A stretch of 64,000 nucleotides of DNA from Octopus sinensis (GCF_006345805.1 NC_042998.1:60140001-60204000); one strand, 5' to 3'; positions 25,289 through 39,525 are shown, counted from the stretch's first letter. Translations and numbers: made by a program. The notes: generated by a model not told the origin, from the letters alone.

Positions 25289-25958
25289 ATTATTTTTATT
25301 TTTATTTTTATTTTTTATCTTTTTAATTATATATATTTTTTTTAATATATATAACTATCAAAAAGTATTAAAAAGTTTAATATAAGATAAAAAGTAAAAC
25401 CACTACGATCGTTTCATGCCCATAACCTAATTCGAATAACAATAATTTAAATTCAATTAATAATTCGAATTATGGTTATAGTCAATCTTCAGGTTAATGA
25501 TAATATTTAAATAAATAATGAAATATATTTAAACAATATTCTTTTTAAGAAATAAATAAAATAATTATTTTTCTTATAAAAAAACTCTATTATCAAACTA
25601 GAAACTTTAACGATTATGATTATGTCATACAATCGATTATAATGTTAAATATTATTTTTTAAGTATTAATTTTTAAGGTAAGAATAGATAGAAAATGTAT
25701 TTATCTATTCAGATATAATATGGCTTTGAAATAACATAATAAACCCACAAATAATCTAATTTAAATTTTGAATTTTACATTTTATATATTTTGTATATTA
25801 TATTAATGAATTTTATTTCTATGTTTTGATTTATGTTTTTCACTGTTTGATTTGCTTAATAGTGGTTTTATCTCTAATTTAATATATATATTTATACTGT
25901 AAAATTAGATTTAATCCTAGATCTAATGTTCCCCGGTAAGTTTGGATTTACTCCCTAA

Positions 25959-26040
<82 letters not shown>

Positions 26041-26041
<1 letters not shown>

Positions 26042-26140
26042 AGCGCAGGCATGGCTGTGTGGTAAGAAGCTTGTTTCCCAACCACATGGGTCCGGGTTCA
26101 GTCACAATCTGTGGCACATTGAGCAAATGTCTTCTATTAT
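26041..26140 (+). mobile_element. SINE head (5' part only)
   Basis: aagcgcaggcatggctgtgtggtaagaagcttgtttcccaaccacatgggtccgggttcagtc matches the family head. Confidence 0.8.
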
Positions 26141-26339
26141 ATGTATGCACGCATGTATGTATGTATGTATGTATGTATGTATGTATGTATGTATGTATGT
26201 ATGTACGTATGTATGTCCAACATTAGGGAAAGGAGTAGATAAAATCCAGGCGACAAATGTTTCATAGTTAGCAGAACCTCGGAAGTGGTAAATACCCAAA
26301 GGAGGGCTAATCCGCTAATACAGACCGCATCAACCGATT

Positions 26340-27420
26340 GATGAATAAATCAGGAGAGGACCGTGGTATAGCACTGGATATATTCAAAACCTTTGATAGG
26401 GTTTTGCATGCTGCTTTGCTCTATAAGTTCTCTGCGTATCTTCACGTCATCAGGTCATGAATTTCTGATTGTTTTGTGCATGTGACTCTAGATGGTGTTA
26501 CTTCTTTTGGGTATTCTATCAACGCTGGTGTTCCTAAAGGATTCAGTCTTCATCCAGTTCTATTCATCCTCATTTCTCTTTCTTCATAGTTTCTTACATG
26601 AACGATCTTCTTGCCAATATTCTTCAATTTATCAATGTTTATGCTAAGGATGCTACTCTTTATTTCCGCTGTCCTTGAAACGGTTGGGATTTGATGCGAA
26701 CCTTGAGGTGGATCTGCAAGCTGTTGAGAAATGGGGAGAGAAGTGACTACAAACTTTCAACCCTGGCAATAACAAATTCATGCCTTTCAATATTCTTCAG
26801 TATCTTCCCTCCATTTTCATGAGTTATAGATCTTAGGTGTCACAAAATGAGTCAAACCACAAAAGAAAAGGTCTTCTTTGAAATACCTTGGTCTTAATTT
26901 CTCACCTGATCTTTCTTATGGCCCTTACATACAGTCAATTGGCAGGTCTGCTTCCTGTAAGGTTGTATCACTGTATCGATCAAACGACTAGCTCACATCC
27001 GGGGCCATTACAAATCCGCAATTTGTCTTTGCATAGGATATTATTGTCATATTTGGGCAGGTGCACTATCTTGTTACTTGCATTTCCTCAAACGGGTTCA
27101 GAAGCGATTCTCTAATATGATTGGGCCCTCTATTCCTTCAACTCGGCAATCTTTGTCACAATCAACGTGACGTAGCCAGTCTTAATCTTTTCTATCTTTA
27201 GTGCCACAAGAAGTGCTCTGATGAAATTTCTTTTTTAGTTTCAGATCAATTTGTGCCACCTTGCCTGACTCGAAACTCCCGGCATTTTAATCTAAACACT
27301 GTTTTGCTTCCACCAATGAGAAAGTATTTCTACAGTTGTATCCTTTTTCCTCGAACTTCTATATCTTCCATCCATTCCGTCTCTTTGATTTCTATCTTCT
27401 TATAACATCAACTCTTTCAA
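26340..27420 (+). mobile_element. Decayed CR1/Jockey-like LINE, RT core and 3' region
   Basis: IALDIFKTFDRVLH, INAGVPKG, YMNDLL...INVYAKDATL (from YADD). Many stops. Confidence 0.75.
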
Positions 27421-27577
27421 GTCTTAAGCAAATTCATTCCTTTCATCTTAATTTCTCTTTCTTCATACTTTCTTACTCTAAGAGACTTCTTACCTTGTTT
27501 TGGACTGTCTAAGAAAACAGCCACAGGAACTGAAACAAAATCAGAATTTGTTGCTAATTCAATAGTTATATCGTTTG

Positions 27578-30500
27578 CTAGCAGTATAGCCCGGAGTTGC
27601 CTGGGATTAAGTTAGGATTATTAAGTGATCAAGCGCTTTATTTCAAACCAAAATAAGTGACACTGACATCAAATTTGAACGAAATCCGTTGAAATGGTAA
27701 ATGTTTGGCTGAAAATGGGTTGCAGGCAATTTGATTGGGAAATCCCATAAGAAATCGGTTTATCGATTATTTCCAATCATCGATTGTTTTTTTTTATTTT
27801 CGTTTTTTTGAGAACTTAAAGCATTCAAAGATCCCATGTGTTTTAAGTAATGCTGGCATCAATTTTGAGCAAAATATGTCAAAATTAGTAAAATTATGGT
27901 TGAAAATGGGGTGTAGCAAATTTTAGTGGGAAATCCTATAAGGAATCGGTTTATCAATTTTTTATCCTGATTGAATGGAAAACCCCAAATAAATGACTGC
28001 CACCGATAGTGTTTGGCCTTGGGATTTGTTGATAGTCATTGCGAAACATGGTCTCACCAGGAACTGCGATCTGCGGAAGTTAAACGGCATGTCTGTCCCC
28101 GAGGGATAAAGCTGCATCCATGAAATGAAAGCATTTTCACCCCTTCCGCATCCTGTAACAATGGTGGCCTCAATCAAGTGGGGCGTCAGGGACTTGATTA
28201 CTAAGAGGGTCCCGTTGCACTGTTTAGGCGGAAACAAGTTTCTGATTAACATAATTGGACATTCAACCCTTAGCCTAAGAATGTAAGGTGGAAGCCCTGC
28301 TGGCTCCAATGAGTTGGGAAACTCGATAGGGTAATTGAAAATATCTTGGGAGTCAGAGGTGGGGTCAATCGATTTCTAGATGCGATCCTTATCCGGAATT
28401 CGGCTTATGAGTTGGTCGTTGATAGCACTCACAGCTACTTTTTGGGGGGCCTGGATGGTTCTTTCACTGAGTCAATTGATGTCTGCATAATTACTTTCCA
28501 GATTGAGGAACGCTTTTTCCAAAAGATCCGAATGGTTGTCTATGGTGTTGCACAGTTCAGAGATGGATATGTCGCCCCTTAGCATTCCTAGGGACCTTGT
28601 CTTCTCCAAGGGCTAAAATGTCTTCATCAAATGCTGTAGACGTGCTATCACCAAGCAAGTGCGCACGCATTTGTGCTTAGGCTTAAGGTCGTAACCTGGA
28701 GCCACAGCATGGATGACTTAAGGCATGCGCGCTCTTCATCAGCCTAGCTTCCTTTAGGGGTGACAAGAAGAGTTTGCCGGAAATCTCCTGAAAGCAATAG
28801 AGTTACACCACCCATAGGAACTGTAGAATCCCTGATACCTTTCAGTAACTGGTCCGATCCCGCAAAGGCACCCTTATTGGTCATTGTGCATTCGTCCCAT
28901 ATAATGAGACGGCACTGTCTAAGAACTTCAGCTTCCTCTGAATTTTTGCCAATGTTGCAAGTAGGAACCTCGGCCCTCACCAAATGTAAAGGCAGCTGAA
29001 TGCCGAGTGCACCTTCCTATTCCCCGGCAATAATGTAGCAGCGATTCCCGAGGAAGCAACGGCTGGCGCAATTTGTTTCTCGCGACCAATCTTAGCAAGT
29101 ATTAGTTGTATTACAAAGAATTTGCCGGTACCTCTAGCAGCATCACGGCAAAAATGCCGCCCGCCTGTTTTTCAACGGCACTGACGACAGTTTCGTACAC
29201 CAGCCTCTGATCAGGGAGCAATTTCGGTTCATTTACTCTCAGGTACTTCGCAAGGCCATCAGCGTCATACGACAACACTAGAAGTAACTTTGGTGGGAGT
29301 ATGTTAACGTCCTGTCACAATGAGGATGCCAAACCGAATGTGTTCAACGCTTCCCCACCCATTGTGAGCAGGGCATCCTCGATTTCCATCAGCGCATTAT
29401 TGTAGATCAGGTCATTGTATCCAATGTCAGATTTCAATCAGCGCATTACTGTAGGTCATTGTATCCAATTTCAGTCATCATTTGCTTTGACCACTGAGAA
29501 AGCAAAATTACGTACAGAGTATTTCATAAGCAGAAATGAATGGAAAAAAGATTTTAGTTCAAATTTTTAGATTAACACTTGCACGATTTTCACTAAGAAA
29601 AAAAGGAATCGGAATTTTTGCGTGGAATCAACTAACCTGGCCTTCTAATATGCTACAAAACCCTTTTTGTGGTCCGAAAAACGGGGTGGGGTGTGGTGGA
29701 TGCCTCGGAAATCTCACCTTCCATACCCATCGATCTTTTCACCAATTAATTTTCAATTTACGTGGAAAAATATGGAGATTAAGAATATGGAAAACATTTT
29801 TTTTTAATCTGAAATTTACCATGAAAACCTCAGGCAAATTTTTAGATAACACTCACACTATTTTCACTAAGAATCATCTACCCTGGCCTCCTAATATGCT
29901 ACAAAATCCTTTTTGTAGTCCTAGAAACGGGGCGGGGTGGGGTAGAGCCTCATGAATTTTATCCATTTATCTTGTGTAATTCACTGACAAATTGTTACCC
30001 TACCTCTTTGTTTCTATGTTGTTAAATAAATGGATTCTCAACAAAACACTTTTTTCCGCGCCTAAAGAAAAACAAAACTCTTTCGCGCCCAAAGTAATGT
30101 ATGTGAGAGAGAGAGGGGGAGAAATATGAACGATTTAAAATACATAAATGATTTAAAATAAATATATTTTAATTGTTGTGTGAGAAAGTATATATAATCT
30201 GATTATAAAATATAGTGTCTTTCAAAAACATCCTAAATTTGAATACTATATCTCGTGTTTAAGAAAAAAAACATTTTACTTTTTTATTTTTGGTGAACGC
30301 TGTCACTTACTCTATCTCTCCCTCACACACACACACACACACATTCTCACTTCGCTATGGCAATAAAGGATTTAACACATGTAAGCAAACTTGAAAATTG
30401 GTAAAAGTTAAGGTTGAAAATCGATTTTTACTACTACCTGCGGGTGACTCGGAAAGATAATTTGATGAAAATACAGCTAGGGTCGGGATAAATGTCCTCC

Positions 30501-30610
30501 TAAAATTGAAGCGACATGTGTGCTAATTTGTAGACGTGCATAAACGTACATTCACGTACACCCACACACACACACACACACACAGACATCTTGCCTTTTA
30601 TATATACAGA
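27578..30610 (-). mobile_element. Helitron C: internally deleted, decayed element of a second family
   Basis: 5' A|TCTGTATATATAAAAGGC at 30610. 3' hairpin cccaggcaactccggg followed by ctatactgCTAG at 27578 (next base C rather than the usual T). Helicase remnants inside. Confidence 0.85.
27962..29480 (-). pseudogene. Helitron helicase remnant (PIF1-like)
   Basis: YNNALMEIEDALLTMGG, LIIWDECTM, LSGDFRQTL, SQFLVRPCFAMTINKSQGQTL. Multiple frameshifts. Confidence 0.9.
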
Positions 30611-31726
30611 TTGCATACCATCATTGGCAATATTTTAATCTATGATAGTATTTTAAGCAAGAACAGAAACATTTAATTTATATGTTATATGTGTTAGTAT
30701 GTTTATAGTGTTAGGCTAATTCCTATAAGAATAGCACCTGTTTTTTTTGTTGAAAAAAGTAAGACAAAATTTAGCATTCGCCTGCAACTAAATTATCAAT
30801 CATCTGCAAAACAACTAACCACGTGGAAGGCTGATTCTATTCTTCTCAGTCTGAGACAACAATGATTTTTTCTTGTATGTGTCAGCGAAGAAAATATATA
30901 TTTTTTTTTTTTAGTAATTGATATGAAAGATATACCAGATGCCCGTACATTTAAATAGACAATAAAACCAGTCACAAATGCCGATATGATAGTCACATAG
31001 TTTATTCTAATGCGTATAAATACATGTATCTTTCATCATATTAAGGTTTTTTAAACGCCATGGATTTAGAAGAATTGACAACGCAATAAAATGACTCGTC
31101 TATGTGATACAAAAATATTATCAGACTGTTTATTTATCATACAGAAAATCAGTATTGTTGCTATTCGTTGAAGTAAGATCATTCGGATTTAGTATATCAG
31201 GTCAAATGTAAGCTATCTGAAGTCTTCTATCGTTTTGTCATAGGGTGGTAGCGTCTGTTATGCACATACGCATGTACATTAACACACTACACCATACCAC
31301 ACAAAGCATCATATGACAACACACCACTACCCACACACCAGCATTGACCAATTCCAGTTCCCATCCCCACATTTTCACACCTACACATACACACAGGCAC
31401 GCGTGAAGATCACCAGCCCTCTTTCACACACACATACGTACGCTCTTACACACACGCACACCTTCGTTGTGGGATCACATCTACTTTGTTATCTCCCCTA
31501 CTTCTTCGGTCTCCTGTGTGACCCTTCTGTCCGGCATTCGCCATGGTAGATCGGTAGCCACTACACACATTTTTCTCTCTCCTTTTTTCTTTCTGTGTTC
31601 CTTTCCGTGGAGAAGTGTAGGCTCGAAACGTTAAAGACTTTTTCAATTCCGGAGCGTTATACTAATACATCTGTTTGTTTTCTACACCACCTGTCTCCGT
31701 CTTTTGTTTTTTTCATGAATTCTTCC

Positions 31727-31782
<56 letters not shown>

Positions 31783-31786
<4 letters not shown>

Positions 31787-32701
31787 TGCAGAGGAAGCAA
31801 AGTGTGGATTTGTTCTGTAAATGTTAATAACACATCTTAATGATTTCAATTAATAATTTATTTTTAACTTATACGCAATGTCTATAGTTAATTAATTTCT
31901 CTACGTACCATGGAATAGTTAGTTGCTTGGCAGCGTGTTGGCTCTACTATCTTGCAGCCTCTGGTTATGTCGCTTTCTAATTTCGAATGCTGCCAATAAC
32001 GGCATTGTCATTATTTTTCTCTATGGCTGTTTGATTTATAAATTTTGCTACTGTGTTGCTATCTTTAAGTCAATTCTAATTGATCAGACCTATCGCATGC
32101 AGGTAGAAGATCAAAATACCAAGCCACAAAGTACCAATAAATGGGTTCTCTCTCCAGGCGTTCCACTGTATATCTGGTGCATTTGCATTAAATACAAGAC
32201 AAGTAAAGACGTCTATTTAATTTTATCCCACTCCACCCAAATTTGTAATGTTATATGTTAATGCTGAAAAGTTTTATCAGCAAATATTTGCGGTCCATTT
32301 GAATGTAAGTACAGACTCAGCTGTGGTCTGCTTTTCCTTTTATCGTATTGGAATCGCTAGAATTCTAATACCGAACATTTCGTGGGGAGCATTACTCAGT
32401 TACTCTACTCATCGTTTGGAAATTGGTCGGCCATTTATCAATAGTAGGCATTACTATTAGCAACTTCTCATCACTTAACATTCAGACTTTCGATTCGCCT
32501 TTGCCACGTCTCGAAAATAACCCCGAACCTAATGTACACTATCTTGTTAGATAATGATTACTAATATCTCACATTCAGTAAGAAGCTTTGAAGATAAACT
32601 TGCTTTGGCTGCTTGTCTTCTATTGAATAAATTATTAGTAAGAAATATTTATTTAAACAAGAAATGAACAAGTTTTAGAATGATGTCGATAAGTGCTGGA
32701 G

Positions 32702-32766
<65 letters not shown>

Positions 32767-33685
32767 GTCTTGCAGAGGAAGCAAAGTGTGGATTTGTTCT
32801 GTAAATGTTAATAACACATCTTAATGATTTCAATTAATAATTTATTTTTAACTTATACGCAATGTCTATAGTTAATTAATTTCTCTACGTACCATGGAAT
32901 AGTTAGTTGCTTGGCAGCGTGTTGGCTCTACTATCTTGCAGCCTCTGGTTATGTCGCTTTCTAATTTCGAATGCTGCCAATAACGGCATTGTCATTATTT
33001 TTCTCTATGGCTGTTTGATTTATAAATTTTGCTACTGTGTTGCTATCTTTAAGTCAATTCTAATTGATCAGACCTATCGCATGCAGGTAGAAGATCAAAA
33101 TACCAAGCCACAAAGTACCAATAAATGGGTTCTCTCTCCAGGCGTTCCACTGTATATCTGGTGCATTTGCATTAAATACAAGACAAGTAAAGACGTCTAT
33201 TTAATTTTATCCCACTCCACCCAAATTTGTAATGTTATATGTTAATGCTGAAAAGTTTTATCAGCAAATATTTGCGGTCCATTTGAATGTAAGTACAGAC
33301 TCAGCTGTGGTCTGCTTTTCCTTTTATCGTATTGGAATCGCTAGAATTCTAATACCGAACATTTCGTGGGGAGCATTACTCAGTTACTCTACTCATCGTT
33401 TGGAAATTGGTCGGCCATTTATCAATAGTAGGCATTACTATTAGCAACTTCTCATCACTTAACATTCAGACTTTCGATTCGCCTTTGCCACGTCTCGAAA
33501 ATAACCCCGAACCTAATGTACACTATCTTGTTAGATAATGATTACTAATATCTCACATTCAGTAAGAAGCTTTGAAGATAAACTTGCTTTGGCTGCTTGT
33601 CTTCTATTGAATGAATTATTAGTAAGAAATATTTATTTAAACAAGAAATGAACAAGTTTTAGAATGATGTCGATAAGTGCTGGAG

Positions 33686-33688
<3 letters not shown>
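31783..33688. repeat. Near-perfect tandem duplication, period 984 bp
   Basis: 31783-32704 repeats at 32767-33688, with identical ORF pairs offset by 984. One substitution seen (gaataaatt vs gaatgaatt). Units bounded by (TA)n. Confidence 0.95.
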
Positions 33689-33716
<28 letters not shown>

Positions 33717-34511
33717 CATTCAGTAACTTGACATTTCCACACATTCAGTAAATGTCTTTGGTGATAATGCGTCTCTTTTCTGATGGCATCTCTGTTTAAA
33801 CTAAATTAATGGATATAATCTTAAATCTAGTTGAAGAACTAAGATTTGCTGATAACGAAGAGCTGACAGTAAATAGCTTTAAAATATCTGTCATTCGATT
33901 CTTTATTCCTGTTTGTTTATATGTCACTGCAATTTATTCAAGTTAACTGTTGATGCTGACAAAAATTAATTTAATTCCCAATAAAACATCCCATTAGAAA
34001 TGTCATTATTTAAACGCTATCCTAATTGATACACATTGAGTTCGCTTTGTCAACAAATGGCGAATAGTATACAGTAACTGTTATTTCAGTCCTAAACATT
34101 AAGTCAGTTATATAGATTGAACTCCTAACAAGAATTTTTAATTATGTTTACCCAGTTTCATGTCGACTGTTGTATAATCATCATGATTATGCAGAAAACT
34201 ATTAGAAATTTTGATAAAATAGATGTGGTGGGTTGCTTCTTAGACATTGACAGAACTTTTAACGTAAGTTTTCTTGTTGCTGAGGACTTCTGATGCGACA
34301 CCTTTATCAAATCACTCACCTGCAACACATGCAACAAGCTAGACATCTCAGTTTATATGCTGTAATATGTGCATTTGAAAAGCATGCGTTGAACAGCATA
34401 CAATGGTACACAAGCAACATATACCAATCAACGATTATTTTATATTAGTGTTAAAGATTAACAGTTGGATGGCACCGGTCATAGTTAATTAAACTCGCTT
34501 TCGAAAGGTAG

Positions 34512-34770
34512 GTGAAGGCGCGTTACGTCGTTTGTAGGGTGTTGTACTCAGGATTGCAATATTGAGGTTTCGATTCCCGGGCTACTTTGTTTTCTGGGTA
34601 AAGCTTTATGTTCTTGAGCAAAACACTTCATTTCACTGCGCGCCAGTTCAATCACTTGTAAATAAGTACCTCTGCAACGGACGGTTGTCCAATTCAGGAA
34701 CGTTAGCTGTGATCTCGGTCATTTATACGCCATGGAAACTGAACAGCCGGAAACTGAACAGCCGGTAAGT
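34512..34770 (+). mobile_element. Decayed tRNA-derived SINE (second type)
   Basis: B-box-like ggtttcgattcccgg, then ttcttgagcaaaacacttcatttcac as in the copy at 41085-41405. Confidence 0.55.
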
Positions 34771-35906
34771 GCTTACTTACTTTGAAAGGCACATATGATT
34801 AAAGACATTATAATGCAGGGACTGCATTCCATACCTTTCGTGAAAGTTGTTCGACAGCATTCTTACAACATGCAGCATGTAGAATGTTGGAATATATACT
34901 ATGCGTTTGGTCTCAAACTTTTTTCCCTCGCAACTATACTTCTCCAAAGGCCTCCTTTTGATATTTGACCTCTCGGATATCGTAGCCAATGCTTTTATTC
35001 CATATCTAATTCAATTCCGCGGCATGCATTGCAAGCGCTTTCCCAGATTCACTTCAACACACAGTGTTTGAGCAAATGTCTCCACCAAATGTTGTTAAGT
35101 GACCAGAGAATTTTAGTTGTCGTTTCCTTATGATAAGACTCTTCACTTGACAAATGAGCTTACTGTAGCACTAAAGTGTCCAATATAAAGTATTTGTACA
35201 CATTCTCATAATGTGCAACAAACACTGCTAATGGAATCATTTTAGACGACGTTGAAGATGCCTACAGTGTATGTGGTCTATAGCCTGTGCACATAAAATA
35301 ATGCTTCAAGCTTATGACGCAAGCAAATTCATTTGGGATTTTTGAATCTCACTAATTTTTTTTTAATTTTCATGTGCACTAGCAACTGTTGAAATCATTT
35401 AACTGATTTATTCGTCCCGAGCTACACAGACTTATCTACGACCATTATCTGTATTCTTCTAAGAGAAAGGATAGTTTGATAACATACCGTTTCAGGTGCT
35501 GGTGGACACATGTCTATCTTTTTAACATGGTACACATGGTCGTGTCCCTGATGACGAAATTGGCACCCTCACCAGGATTGCTTGGTGAGGACAGTGCTAG
35601 AAACCAAGTACGGCATATGCGAGGCTCGCGAAAGCAACAGATGAACCAGACATTGACTCAACTATCTAGCAGCAGCGTTCGAGTCATAGAAATGATTGTG
35701 GTTGAGAGCGAACTCGCTGGAAGACCAGTTCGATATGATGAACATTTATTTCTTGTTAGGTCGTTCGTCTCGAAACCGAGAGGATCGTTCAATTTCTATT
35801 GTCCCAACGAATGTTGGACCACGAGTAAGAAAAACGTTCTTTCATTTACTGTAATTGGTTTTAGTGCAGTGAAATTTAAAAAAGAGACGTTCCCACCCGC
35901 CACACC

Positions 35907-35938
<32 letters not shown>

Positions 35939-36975
35939 TGATCTAAACTAATATATAATATTTGATTGGCTCCTGATTAGTGTTATAGGTAATGTGGATA
36001 ATGTGGAATATAGTTATTATACATTCCTATTTTGTATTTTAAACATCACAGGCAACTTATGGTAGTAGTAGACAAATTAATTCATTTTTAAGACGTTATT
36101 TCATCGAAAGCTCCGTACGTGAATTTTCTGCGACTTTGTTCATTAAAACCTTTTGATGGACATATAAGTGCGAGTTTCGTCAATGAGCTTGTTTCAAGCT
36201 TTAATACTTATGTCTCTATGTCTGTTTTGACACGACAATATTTAATGTCAATGACATATAAATTATTTCGAAGAACTGTATTTTCATAGGCTGATGCTTG
36301 TATGTGTGTTTTGAAAAGGCATTATTTAATTCCAATATGAACAGTTATGAACTGTTTGATGTATCTATTTATCTATAGAAACGTATGCGTGTTTGTGTGC
36401 TTGTTCAAAGAACTTGTTGGTTGGTAATGGGAAAATTTATTGGAACAAAACATCTTTTCCTTTTGTTGGGGTTTTTAACAAGAGCTATTTTATGGACGAA
36501 CAAGCAATTTTTGAATTGCTGTTTATCATTTTAAAGGAAAGATGTTACCATATAGAAAATCGACTAGGCGACGAAGAGAGCCTACATAAAACAGCTGAGT
36601 TTCTACTAACAGATGCTTCAGATAAATGTTGGCGTTCAATAATCTGGAGTATATTGTAACTGTTTAACGTGTGTTATCTTCTAAATATATAACTACGTTG
36701 TGGAAGTCAAGCTCTTCAACTGATTAGTAGCCATTCCGATATGAAAAATACCATTTTGGTTAATGTTACATGTGGCAATGGCTACTTGTAGAACTGTTTG
36801 TTTGTTTTTTTTGTCTGTTTCTTTTTTCCTTATTTTTTTCACTACGTTTAGGTTTAAAACTAACAAAAAAAAATGATGTTCTGTTGTTTGGCTTTTGGAG
36901 TTTCAAATGATTCCTTTTCTTCTTTACTATTAACGGATGCATTCATAATAAGACCACACCGAATACAGAAAGCCG

Positions 36976-37033
<58 letters not shown>

Positions 37034-37354
37034 TTACACACACACATACACACATAGAGAAACAGAATGATTTATTGGTAGATAGATATGGAGCTACATA
37101 CATATATATATATATATATATATTAATATATACACGAACACATGCGTTATACATATGTACATATATACGAAATAGCAACCAAAGACGGCAAAAAAAAGTG
37201 CCCTTAATTCAAATATATATTCTTACATTATTTGATTCAATATGTAACCTCACATTATCCAGTTATTATATTGGTGAAGATATTCTCAAAAGTATTTTTA
37301 GGTAAAATAAAATCAAATACCCCGGCTGGATTTGAACTTGATAAAAGGTAAGCG

Positions 37355-37680
37355 TATTGTATTATAGCCTCGGACCGACCAAAGCCTTCTGAGAAGATTT
37401 GATAGACAGAAACTGAAAAGAAGTTTATCGTATATATATATGTATATATTTATGTGTGTGTGTGTTTTGTGTCTGCTTGTCCGCCACCACTGCTTGACAA
37501 CGCTGTTGGTGTGTTTACGTCCTCGTAACTTAGCGGTTCGACAAAAGAGAACCGACATAATAAGTATTAGGCTTATAAAAAATAAGTTGTGTGGTCGAAT
37601 TCTTCGACTAAAACCCTTTGAAGCGGTGCTCCAGCATGGCCGCAGTCGAATGACTGGAACAAGTAAAGGAATAAAGGAAG
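37355..37680 (+). mobile_element. SINE, 3' portion
   Basis: tatagcctcggaccgaccaaagcc...gaaactgaaaagaag...ataagtattaggctta...ccagcatggccgcagtc matches the other family copies. Confidence 0.75.
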
Positions 37681-39170
37681 AAAATCTGATCTACAAAACA
37701 GTACAAATTTAATGTTCTCGTGACGTCATCTTGTTGAACTATGTCTTTTTCTTAAAACTTACATCAAATAAAAGCTGAAGAATAGTGAGAGATTTTAGTC
37801 TTCTGCAAGAAATAATTTTTTTTAAATTGTACATAAACAGTTAGTTCAAAGTAATGTATAGATAATGTGTTCTACATTTATAAATAGTACGTACCTTCAT
37901 ACTTTTACGAAACATTTTAAATTTATTAAATATAATGATAGACTATAATTTTTTTCCTGTTTATTTTATATTATCTTTTTCATAAGATCTGGAGTAAATA
38001 TATTTTCGATTTTGAATAACTTGATTGGATCAAAGTTAATGCTGTATATTCATGACATAGACTAAATTACACTTATAAAATGTACAAATATCCATTTCCT
38101 TATTATTTTTCCAAATTTGCCCGTAAGAATACGCTTCTTTATGCTTGAGAATATATACATATAAAGTTTACACTCACACAGAAGCACACATATGAGTGTG
38201 TGTGTGTAATTGAAAGTAAATAAGAGTGTGCGTGTGTGTATGTGTAAGCATGTATTTGCACATTTGTATTTCCTTTGTATGAAAAGTTGTCAGTGATATT
38301 TTGATTTTTTCCTTTTCTTTCAGAAATATTTCTAAAAATGTTTAAAGTATTTCGATCTTCGTAATCTTCAGCTGATAATTCAATGTAAACATATTATTTT
38401 TAGGTTTTATTCGCTTCGAACATTTCTTTTTGAATATTAGACTGGATTTTGGAAATATAATATTCTGTTTATATTTACAAACATAAAGAAAAAAAATACC
38501 TATATCTAGTCAACAAACAAAAACGTATATTTTATAAAACATTACCTCATGCGAACGAAAAATTTAAAATGACCACATTTTCTGTGCTAGCCCAATATTT
38601 CTCCTCATTTTTATTTATCTTGTTGATAATCTCTTTGTTTTTCATTTTGCATCCATTTTTCTTATTTGTTATGTTATTTTTCTTGATAAACATCACATAT
38701 AAACACTAGAAGTTCACGGTGAGCTTTCTCTTATTCTTTTATTTGAATTCAGTTCTTAGATTAATCTATATCACCTCCCCGATATGGCTAATGCTATTGA
38801 GAAAGTCATGGATATCACAAACTTCCAAGAAGATAAACTTAGAAATGGATTTTGCTTTTACTTTGCTTCAATAATAAGGTATCTGAATGGAATTCTTGAA
38901 TAAAATTGATGCAAATTTAACCTGTAACCTAGATACAACGTATGAATGTATTTATAAGTGTATGTGTGTGCGTATTTGAGAGAGTATGAATGCATGTATA
39001 GAAGTATATATGTATACATGTATGAGTGCATATGTATGTTTGTTTGTATGCTTATGTACGTTTATAAGATATATGTGTAGGGGATATATATGATCGCGCT
39101 CATAGAAGCTATGTGCTATTTACTCCAGCTACCGTTTATTGTTCCCATATTCTAATGCAAATATGCATAC

Positions 39171-39200
<30 letters not shown>

Positions 39201-39201
<1 letters not shown>

Positions 39202-39377
39202 AATTATTAGAGAGTTAACCACTATGTGGATAACTCTAGTGCTAAAAATAGCCCCGATAGTATAGCCACAGAAAAAGATGTTTCCAACTAGAAGTAACAT
39301 CTTTTTCTGTGGCTATACTATCGGGGCTATTTTTAGCACTAGAGTTATCCACATAGTGGTTAACTCTCTAATAATTT
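39201..39377. repeat. Perfect inverted repeat: 82-bp arms, 13-nt spacer
   Basis: 39201-39282 is the exact reverse complement of 39296-39377. Spacer tccaactagaagt. Confidence 0.97.
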
Positions 39378-39483
39378 ATGTATAAATTTGTATTTTCTCC
39401 GTAGTTTTTTGTGCTAAGCCACTCGGTGTTAAATTAATGGTATTATTAAATTAATATCAATTTTTCACCCTCATTTATAAATT

Positions 39484-39525
<42 letters not shown>

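Noticed and set aside
31923-33444. Two identical ORF pairs (112 aa and 70 aa) resembling duplicated genes
   Set aside because: They start at non-ATG codons, have no recognisable domain, and are identical only because of the 984-bp duplication.
34150-36660. Coding-looking unique stretches with splice-like signals (34158-34346, 34781-35100, 36393-36659)
   Set aside because: No frame stays open with a recognisable motif and consistent splice sites. A tBLASTn or RNA-seq check could still reveal a decayed gene or small exon that I cannot identify.
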